Below are positions 57,891 through 64,000 of a stretch of 64,000 nucleotides of DNA, one piece after another; within the stretch, counting starts at the first letter, position 1; the number at the start of each line of letters is the position of its first letter. Location: the IMG/VR virus record IMGVR_UViG_3300032213_001813, positions 64,001 to 128,000 of that record, one strand, 5' to 3'. The DNA is from a virus. The notes below the pieces were generated by a model. The model had not been told where the DNA came from. It was given only the letters and a program-made list of their open reading frames with translations, and ran no database searches. A program made the position numbers and the translations under genes.

Positions 57891-58841
57891 ATGAAGGTTA
57901 CAATTGTTGTAAGAACATATAATAGACCAGAGTTCCTAAAGGAAGCATTGGCATCAATCCATCTACAAACCCATACTGATTGGGAAGTACTGATATTTGA
58001 TGATGGTGCAACTAATATGAACTTTGATGCTTATAGGCATTTCAAATCTATGAACCCCGATAAGAGGATACTATATCTTACATCATATCAATCCTATGAT
58101 TTGTTCGGTGATTCTTGGTTGATGGCACCCGATTTGGCAAAGGGTGAGTTGATGGTAAGATTGGATGATGATGATATACTTGCAGAAGATTCATTGGAAT
58201 ACCTATCTAACTTATACCATACAAACCAAGAGTTGGAGTTTTCATATGGTTCAGCTATTCTATTTGGGGAAGGTGGATTAAATAGATTGGTAGAAACAAT
58301 AGCACCAACCGAATGCCAACCATCAAGAGATGATTGGGCAGCATATACAATACCAAACAATCATCCTTGGGATAAACCTTGGGCATTCTATAAAGATTTT
58401 CATCCATATCCAAAACAATGGACATCCTTAATACATTGTGCTAAATCAAACATAATGTGTATCTATCATACCTATGTAATGAGAACTGAATCGGTTAGAA
58501 GAGTGAAAGATAAAATCACAGTAACTTCTAACTTTGTAGATGATTTGGAGTTCTTAGGTAGTTTAGATTATTTAGGATTAGGACATGCATCTCTAAAACG
58601 TATTTTAACATATGTAAGAGAGCACGAAGCTGGTAGAGTTAGTGATAATGGTAAAGAGGTATTAGGAACTACTATGTTCAATGAGCACTTCAGAGTTAGA
58701 GATAAGGTAGACCATTTAAGAAGTTCTGGATTCTTCTCAAAGGTAATACCATTAGTAACTGATGGCAACTTTAATGTTGGAGTTACGGATGAGTTAAGAG
58801 AAGAATTTGATATTTATTATAATAAAATAAAAGCGTTATGA
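57891..58841 (+). CDS. GT2 glycosyltransferase
   Basis: RTYNRPEFL, FDDG, RLDDDD. Confidence 0.9.
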   Translation: MKVTIVVRTYNRPEFLKEALASIHLQTHTDWEVLIFDDGATNMNFDAYRHFKSMNPDKRILYLTSYQSYDLFGDSWLMAPDLAKGELMVRLDDDDILAEDSLEYLSNLYHTNQELEFSYGSAILFGEGGLNRLVETIAPTECQPSRDDWAAYTIPNNHPWDKPWAFYKDFHPYPKQWTSLIHCAKSNIMCIYHTYVMRTESVRRVKDKITVTSNFVDDLEFLGSLDYLGLGHASLKRILTYVREHEAGRVSDNGKEVLGTTMFNEHFRVRDKVDHLRSSGFFSKVIPLVTDGNFNVGVTDELREEFDIYYNKIKAL

Positions 58842-59347
58842 ATATTACCAATGTAAATCATATTGTTGGTGAGAGGTTAGTGATGTTTGGGGTAGAGATG
58901 GATTTTGGAGATGTTATCCAACAGGCTGATACTGAATTTGAATTCAATCTATGTGATAAGTTTGACCATAAACCCCTATTTAGAATTATTATAAATACGA
59001 AAGTTTGGAAAATGTTGGTTGAGGATATAAATAATAAATACCAAAGTACCGAAATCATAACTAAAAAAGATATAAGTAGCATACCAATTTTTATTGAAAC
59101 AATTAGGAATACTATATTAGGACAACCTTTTACAGATTCTTATTTTAATTTATTAGGAGCAATACAAAATGCTAAAAAAATGGGAGTGGGGATTACTAAA
59201 GTAGTTAATACCGCACCAACTGCATCTTTTTCACATTTAAGTGGTTCGTTGGGACAACCTATAAACCCAAACAAAAAAAGATTTCTATCCAAAGCAACGG
59301 CAAAGATGCCTGTTACAATGAGTGTAGTTGATGATGAACTATGGTAA
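58838..59347 (+). CDS. hypothetical protein
   Basis: ORF track. Confidence 0.65.
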   Translation: MNITNVNHIVGERLVMFGVEMDFGDVIQQADTEFEFNLCDKFDHKPLFRIIINTKVWKMLVEDINNKYQSTEIITKKDISSIPIFIETIRNTILGQPFTDSYFNLLGAIQNAKKMGVGITKVVNTAPTASFSHLSGSLGQPINPNKKRFLSKATAKMPVTMSVVDDELW

Positions 59348-59583
59348 TTACAATTGATACCGATGAATTAGAATCGGAATTTGTTGAAAGTTGGAAGATG
59401 GGATTCATTAGAGACCCACACATAGATTACGCAACCAATTGTATCCATGCCTGGTTTGAAAATAAAGAGGTGATACTATACCGATTTAAAAGTTGTGGAT
59501 GGATAAATGATAATAGAGAGAATACCTATGATATATCAGCCGGACGTGCTGGTATAATGATTAAAATAACTAAAACAATATAA
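59341..59583 (+). CDS. hypothetical protein
   Basis: ORF track. Confidence 0.6.
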   Translation: MVITIDTDELESEFVESWKMGFIRDPHIDYATNCIHAWFENKEVILYRFKSCGWINDNRENTYDISAGRAGIMIKITKTI

Positions 59584-59585
59584 AT

Positions 59586-60101
59586 ATGTTACCATTAAAA
59601 GAAGCAATAGCAGAAAAACATTCATTGGCAGAAAAGATGCCATTTAATCAAAAGATGTTTAGAGGTGAGTTAAATAACGAAGAGTATGTAAACTATTTAA
59701 CACAACAATACGCAATTTTCAATACATTAGAAAAGAATCCACTACCACATCCATCTTTGAATAGAAAGGATTTAGTTGAAGCAGATATTGATGAATTGGT
59801 AGGTGAGGATTTCATTACTCCATTACTATTGGGTACTGCTCAATATTGTGATTACCTAAATACATTAACGGTAGAAGAACAACAACCACATATATATCTT
59901 AACTACCTAGCTATTATGTTTGGTGGGCAGATGATGAAGGAGAAAACGCCGGGTAGTGGTAGAATGTATGAGTTTGAGGATATGAGAGAGGCAGCGGGGA
60001 GTATTAGAGCAATCCAAAAAGATGAGTGGGCTGATGAAGCAAACAAAGCATTGGATTATAACATAGATATATTAGATGAACTACACCGAATATTTGGATG
60101 A
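59586..60101 (+). CDS. ho1: heme oxygenase (biliverdin-producing)
   Basis: LKE....H..AE proximal His, Y...Y..F..LE, HIY..Y....FGGQ. Confidence 0.85.
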   Translation: MLPLKEAIAEKHSLAEKMPFNQKMFRGELNNEEYVNYLTQQYAIFNTLEKNPLPHPSLNRKDLVEADIDELVGEDFITPLLLGTAQYCDYLNTLTVEEQQPHIYLNYLAIMFGGQMMKEKTPGSGRMYEFEDMREAAGSIRAIQKDEWADEANKALDYNIDILDELHRIFG

Positions 60102-60717
60102 GTTAGCAGATAGGTTCTTATCCGTAATGAAACACTCACCTAATTGTAAAGTACTACCTACGGAAGATTTTGGGTGGGTGAATCATCGTTTTGAATCTGA
60201 TGTGTATAGAATGGCACACGTTGAAAGATATGGTGATAGGGCAATTGAGGTACTACACGTTACCACATTCCCACACCCAACATCACCAGAACCTATATAC
60301 GGATTTGATGTCATAACTACTAAATCAGGTGTAACTGGTGTTTATATGGATTTATCACCCGGCATTAAGGAATATAACTTTGATGAAGGTATAGATTTTA
60401 ATGGGAGAAAACCACTACCGCAATGGGCAACTGTCTTTTCGGATAAATTTATTATGATTAAACCCGAATCGGATAGTGAGTTTATTAGGTTTTGTAGTTG
60501 GTCCTTAGAAAAGTACAAATCGTTTTTGAAAGATGGGTTATATTTAAAAGAAGAGGCGAGTGATATTAATAAAGTTATTGATATCCAAAATCGTTATTGT
60601 GAAGTTCAAGCATCAAATCCTCGTACCTTTGGAGCATTGAAAGCAAAAATAGGAGAGGAAAGAGCAAGATACTTTATGGAAAAAATATTATTCCCTAAAA
60701 TAGAAAACAATAATTAG
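60076..60717 (+). CDS. pcyA: ferredoxin-dependent bilin reductase (PcyA-like)
   Basis: AHVE, VLH...FP, PIYGFD, DLSP, LPQWA.VFS, QNRYC....NP.T. Confidence 0.85.
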   Translation: MNYTEYLDELADRFLSVMKHSPNCKVLPTEDFGWVNHRFESDVYRMAHVERYGDRAIEVLHVTTFPHPTSPEPIYGFDVITTKSGVTGVYMDLSPGIKEYNFDEGIDFNGRKPLPQWATVFSDKFIMIKPESDSEFIRFCSWSLEKYKSFLKDGLYLKEEASDINKVIDIQNRYCEVQASNPRTFGALKAKIGEERARYFMEKILFPKIENNN

Positions 60718-60725
60718 ATTACAAT

Positions 60726-61277
60726 ATGAACAAAGTACCATTAGGAGAAAAAACTTATTGCTACGAAGAATTTATAACAAAAGAACAGCAAGACGAACTA
60801 TATAGTTGGGTATTTAATAGTTTTCCTTGGATGAATTTTGCCAATCCTTGCAACGATGAAGAAGACCAGATGGATAATTCGGTTAGACATTTTGCTAGGA
60901 TAGATTTACTACCAACAATACCACCACTATTTTGGGATGTACATGATAAGATAGTAGAGTTAGAAGGTATAAATCCCGTTATAGAAGCACCCCAGAATGG
61001 ACATTGGGTTGGGTTAACTGGTAAAGAAGCTAGAGTAGAACCACATACTGATTGGAACGGAGAAGAGGAAGGGTGGTATTGTAGAAGATATAATTTATTA
61101 GTATCACTGCCAACGGAAGGTGGGCAACCATTGTACGGAGATGAGGTACTGAATGTAAAAGAAAGAATGTTATGGAGGTGTGATGCTGGTTTAGTTGAGC
61201 ATTCATCCATACCAAACGAAGGTAATAGATTAAGAGCTAATATTTCATTTGGTTTCTTAATTCCTGTTGAAAAGTAA
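60726..61277 (+). CDS. 2OG-Fe(II) oxygenase
   Basis: HTD...H...R facial-triad pattern. Confidence 0.8.
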   Translation: MNKVPLGEKTYCYEEFITKEQQDELYSWVFNSFPWMNFANPCNDEEDQMDNSVRHFARIDLLPTIPPLFWDVHDKIVELEGINPVIEAPQNGHWVGLTGKEARVEPHTDWNGEEEGWYCRRYNLLVSLPTEGGQPLYGDEVLNVKERMLWRCDAGLVEHSSIPNEGNRLRANISFGFLIPVEK

Positions 61278-61318
61278 AAAAGGTTATATATATATGTATA
61301 GTTAAACAATAAACAATT

Positions 61319-61777
61319 ATGAAAAAATTAATGTTATTGTTTGTAATGTTATTCGGAATGAGTATCGTTGCAAACGCACAAGAGTGGTTTATTACCGCTA
61401 CCCGTAAGGGTGGACCATCGGATGGTTATATTACCGGTGGATATATGAAAAAAGGTTGGGGTTTCTTCGCTGGACTTCCTTATACTGAAATTAAAGACCA
61501 AAACTCAAGCGGAATTGTACTTCCTCCGGGAGTAAACACTTCAACTGGAACAATCTCTTCCAATATGAAGTTTGGTGTTTTAAGACAATTGAAAGAAGAT
61601 AAGGCAATTGTAGGATTTGGTATCCAACCAACCGCAGGTGGAAACAAACCGAATGCATTTTTAATGTACAACCCATTAAGACCAGGTAGCACACTTAATT
61701 TGTGGACAATTGGTAACTTAGTAGGTAGTGATTTCACATTAGGATTGGGTTTATCTTACAAAATAGGAAAGAAGTAA
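61319..61777 (+). CDS. secreted / outer-membrane beta-barrel-like protein
   Basis: Signal peptide ending ANAQ, alternating strands, terminal GLGLSYKI. Confidence 0.6.
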   Translation: MKKLMLLFVMLFGMSIVANAQEWFITATRKGGPSDGYITGGYMKKGWGFFAGLPYTEIKDQNSSGIVLPPGVNTSTGTISSNMKFGVLRQLKEDKAIVGFGIQPTAGGNKPNAFLMYNPLRPGSTLNLWTIGNLVGSDFTLGLGLSYKIGKK

Positions 61778-61794
61778 AAAAAGATTAAGAAACG

Positions 61795-61826
61795 TTTGGA
61801 TTTATCAAAAAGATTTCGTATCTTTG
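61795..61826 (+). promoter_or_regulatory. Bacteroidota-type promoter for tRNA-Met
   Basis: TTTG-N20-TATCTTTG. Confidence 0.8.
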
Positions 61827-61862
61827 TAAACGATAAAGAAAAACGTTTCTTTTTTTATACAT

Positions 61863-61934
61863 CGCGGGGAGGTTGTTGGTCACCCACCGGTCTCATAAGC
61901 CAGGTTTACGGCAGTTCGATTCTGTCCCCCGTTA
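61863..61934 (+). tRNA. tRNA-Met(CAT), initiator-like
   Basis: CGCGGGG acceptor with 1:72 mismatch, loop CTCATAA, TTCGATT T-loop; no encoded CCA. Confidence 0.8.
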
Positions 61935-61965
61935 CTAAAAAATATTTTGAAAATAATTTACAAAA

Positions 61966-62000
61966 TATTAGGAAATACGAAAAAAGTTTCGTATCTTTGA
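61966..62000 (+). repeat. 35-bp promoter repeat, copy 1
   Basis: TATTAGGAAATACGAAAAAAGTTTCGTATCTTTGA; contains TTAG-N20-TATCTTTG. Confidence 0.9.
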
Positions 62001-62013
62001 AAAACAAATTAGG

Positions 62014-62095
62014 AAATGGTTGAAGCCAACATCTAATAAAACCGAATGTGTGAAGTCCAACCATAAGTGGTAAACTATAAAGCCGGATACCATTT
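62014..62095 (+). ncRNA. candidate small structured RNA (82 nt)
   Basis: Own promoter; closed by AAATGGT/ACCATTT; internal ACAT/ATGT, GTCC/GGAT and ACCA-TAAG-TGGT helices. Confidence 0.45.
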
Positions 62096-62122
62096 ACTAA
62101 TTTGAAAAAATAATTAAGAAAT

Positions 62123-62157
62123 TATTAGGAAATACGAAAAAAGTTTCGTATCTTTGA
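62123..62157 (+). repeat. 35-bp promoter repeat, copy 2
   Basis: Identical to 61966-62000. Confidence 0.9.
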
Positions 62158-62174
62158 TAAACAATAAAGAAAAA

Positions 62175-62185
62175 GTTCTTTGAAA
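62175..62185 (+). promoter_or_regulatory. boxA-like antitermination site
   Basis: GTTCTTTGAAA just after the promoter. Confidence 0.55.
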
Positions 62186-62189
62186 GATA

Positions 62190-63035
62190 TTAGAGTACAT
62201 AGTGAACTTGTTTCACATAGTATTCAATCGGCCGCTTATGGTCGTGAAATAAACTACGAAAGTAGGATAAAGTGAATCATTTGGTTAAGTGGTTTGCGGC
62301 TTTGTAAGGAGCTTGAGTAGGCAAGTGGAATATCATTTCACCTTTAGTATTGAGGGTAACACTGTAAAGAGGGTGGTGAGATGACTGGGCTAATGTAGAT
62401 AGTTCGGTTGAGGTAGGGATATCAATAAGAATAATCCATAGAGTTATTGTAAGAAGTAAGGACTTAATCTCTCCTTATCATTGCGTGATTCAATATTAGA
62501 GTAATCTTAAAACCGAAAGGTAAGATAAAGTACAGGTGGTGCTGTTATTATCCTTACTCTTCACCTACCAAGGTAGGAGTTATGAAGATGACTTGAAATA
62601 TGGTGTTAGGGATAACACATCGAGTAGTTCAGTATTTCCTCGTTCAAAAGGTGGGGAAGCTGATGGGTGGACCACTACTTGAATAAATCTACAACCAAAA
62701 CTCAATTTGCTATATGGTGCAAACTTAAACAAAAAGAGCAAAAGTGTCCATCAGTTACGAACGAAAGGTGCGTACATAGTAGGGAGTTGTTCCTTGCCAC
62801 AAACATCCGCAAGATGAATGTGATTCTTTTGAAAAATTTCTAACACCGCAAGTGTGAGTTTGCTCGGCAGAGTAGAAGAAACGGATTAGGGAGAGAGTAG
62901 TTTGTAACTTTATGAGTGGTTGGCATTACTAACCCGCATTGAATCGGTACTACTCAAAAGGTAGTGGAAACGAAACTAAAACATAAGGTTTCTAAAGCTG
63001 GTTCGCTTACGTGAGTATTCTCATCCGTAACCACT
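62190..63035 (+). ncRNA. large structured ncRNA, GOLLD-like
   Basis: About 840 nt without ORF, GC-elevated, many GNRA-capped hairpins, flanked by tRNAs; boundaries approximate. Confidence 0.65.
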
Positions 63036-63039
63036 AAAA

Positions 63040-63109
63040 GCGGTATTAGTGTAAAGGTAGCACGCTCTGCATCCGTAGAGAAGTTGGGGTTCGATTCCTT
63101 AGTTCCGCT
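63040..63109 (+). tRNA. tRNA-Gly-like, degenerate anticodon loop (possible pseudo-tRNA)
   Basis: GCGG acceptor, U73, D and T arms present; loop CATCCG is only 6 nt. Confidence 0.55.
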
Positions 63110-63114
63110 CACAA

Positions 63115-63185
63115 GCGGTGGAAGTGTTACGGTAGCACATTGGCCGTCCAGGTCGAAGGAGGTGGTTCAATTCCATCCCACCGCT
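63115..63185 (+). tRNA. tRNA-Gly(TCC) with G33
   Basis: GCGGTGG/CCACCGC, U73, loop CGTCCAG. Confidence 0.7.
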
Positions 63186-63316
63186 CTACAACGTGAGTTG
63201 TTTTCATATCTTGATTTTTATTACATTGTGAAGTGGGAGATTTCGGTCTCCCATAACACTAAAGATGTGGAATAACCGAAAAAACAAATAGTACATACTT
63301 ATATAAAAGAAATAGA

Positions 63317-63451
63317 ATGAAAACTCTTAACCTACATACACCCAATTATCAACCGGCAACGAATATGTTGTGGGCTGGGATTAGTGTGTGTGATTTTAAT
63401 TCGAAGAGAATTGAACTAAAGTTAAGGGTACAAAATGTAGAAGTGGAATAA
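63317..63451 (+). CDS. 44-aa leader-like peptide
   Basis: MKTLNLHTPNYQPATNMLWAGISVCDFNSKRIELKLRVQNVEVE; preceded by TACTTATA, followed by terminator. Confidence 0.45.
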   Translation: MKTLNLHTPNYQPATNMLWAGISVCDFNSKRIELKLRVQNVEVE

Positions 63452-63476
63452 CCAAACTACATATAAAGGTTAAAAG

Positions 63477-63519
63477 ACCCCTAACTGAAATCAAAATCGG
63501 TTAGGGGTTTTTTGTTTTT
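63477..63519 (+). terminator. intrinsic terminator before the tRNA array
   Basis: ACCCCTAACTGA/TCGGTTAGGGGT hairpin plus long T tail. Confidence 0.85.
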
Positions 63520-63521
63520 AA

Positions 63522-63593
63522 GGGGTGGTAGCTCAGAGGCAGAGCAGATGACTGTTAATCATCAGGTCGAGATATCGTAATTCTCCCTCCCCT
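63522..63593 (+). tRNA. tRNA-Asn(GTT), atypical T-loop
   Basis: Loop CTGTTAA; T-loop ATCGTAA. Confidence 0.8.
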
Positions 63594-63600
63594 CAATATA

Positions 63601-63612
63601 GTTCTTTGACAT
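63601..63612 (+). promoter_or_regulatory. boxA-like antitermination site
   Basis: GTTCTTTGACAT. Confidence 0.6.
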
Positions 63613-63624
63613 CGTGGTAAAAAT

Positions 63625-63697
63625 AGTGGGTTAGCTCAATTGGCAGAGCGCCGTCTTTACATGGCGGATGTTGGGGGTTCAAATCCCTCACTCACTA
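63625..63697 (+). tRNA. tRNA-Val(TAC)
   Basis: Full cloverleaf, loop TTTACAT. Confidence 0.9.
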
Positions 63698-63705
63698 CAT
63701 TAAAT

Positions 63706-63778
63706 GCTCTTGTAGACAAAAGGTAAAGTCATCGGTCTTAGACACCGAGTTTTATAGGTTCGAATCCTATCAGGAGTA
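63706..63778 (+). tRNA. tRNA-Leu(TAG) with short variable loop
   Basis: Loop CTTAGAC, 5-nt variable region, A73. Confidence 0.8.
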
Positions 63779-63816
63779 CAGGTAGTTCCCGATGCTACAT
63801 ATCAAAATCGGAATAG

Positions 63817-63890
63817 GGAGTGGTGGCAGATGAGGTTCATTGCGTTGGACTGAAAATCCAGAGGAACAGGTTCGATACCTGTCCGCTCCA
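63817..63890 (+). tRNA. tRNA-Phe(GAA)
   Basis: Loop CTGAAAA, TTCGATA T-loop. Confidence 0.88.
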
Positions 63891-63895
63891 CTAAC

Positions 63896-63968
63896 GAACT
63901 CGTAGCTCAATTGGTAGAGCACTACACTTTTAATGTAGGGGTTTTGGGTTCGATTCCCAACGGGTTCA
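63896..63968 (+). tRNA. tRNA-Lys(TTT)
   Basis: Canonical cloverleaf, loop CTTTTAA. Confidence 0.93.
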
Positions 63969-63974
63969 CAATAT

Positions 63975-64000
63975 AGGGTGGTATATCAATGGTTAGATTA
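63975..64000 (+). tRNA. 5' part of another tRNA, truncated by the window edge
   Basis: AGGGTGGTATATCAATGGTTAGA acceptor plus D-arm-like start. Confidence 0.5.

Noticed and set aside
2112-61737. All minus-strand ORFs in the track
   Set aside because: Each lies antisense to a well-supported + strand gene, has no recognisable motifs and lacks promoter context
61796-62023. 75-aa ORF
   Set aside because: Overlaps two promoters and tRNA-Met
62014-62095. Miniature RNase P, twister or c-di-GMP riboswitch
   Set aside because: GAAGTCC and AAGCCGG only superficially resemble these; the required P4 or pseudoknot pairings could not be formed by eye
62190-63035. rRNA fragment, tmRNA, RNase P RNA or group II intron
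   Set aside because: No universal 16S/23S motifs, no tRNA-like ends with a tag ORF, no GAGGAAAGTCC/P4 pairing, and no domain V despite a GTGCG at about 62769
63084-63275. 63-aa ORF
   Set aside because: Overlaps the tRNA-Gly-like genes
1-64000. Alternative genetic code (TAG or TGA reassignment)
   Set aside because: ORFs tile densely under code 11; TAG (31744, 32831, 40036) and TGA end genes at coupled junctions; no suppressor tRNA seen (anticodon TAG is Leu)
1-64000. CRISPR array
   Set aside because: No repeat-spacer series; the only exact intergenic repeat is the two-copy 35-bp promoter

Overview
A 64-kb segment of a large, AT-rich, T4-like tailed phage using the standard genetic code, with all convincing genes on the + strand. 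The host is most likely Bacteroidota: TTTG-N20-TAnnTTTG promoters recur, Shine-Dalgarno sites are not evident, and a DUF4494 gene is present. Layout: (1) 0-5 kb replication tail (probable sliding-clamp C-terminus, DUF4338/DruA-like protein, dUTPase, clamp loader subunits, Cas4-like nuclease). (2) 5-29.3 kb, a 24-kb glycan biosynthesis cluster of about 27 genes (about 10 glycosyltransferases, WecB, five SDR epimerase/reductases, a His-type 3-dehydratase, a split TPP enzyme, a heptose kinase, three methyltransferases) with a Gly-Thr-Ser collagen-like gene embedded in it. (3) 29.4-40 kb virion-associated genes: a modular protein with repeated [IV]-[KN]-E sites, six tandem genes sharing an N-terminal MIKLxxx(x)xE peptide, a 1056-aa repeat fibre, a DUF1566/CLec protein with a DGR-like variable end, and an S8 protease. 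(4) 40-61.8 kb accessory genes (APS kinase-like, degenerate HNH, SET domain, vWA plus MoxR AAA, FolE, Fe/Mn SOD, heme oxygenase plus PcyA-like bilin reductase, 2OG-Fe oxygenase). (5) 61.8-64 kb non-coding RNA locus: tandem promoters, tRNA-Met, an 82-nt structured element, a boxA-like site, an ~840-nt highly structured GOLLD-like RNA and a tRNA array. All family assignments are from motif recognition by eye, not from database searches.
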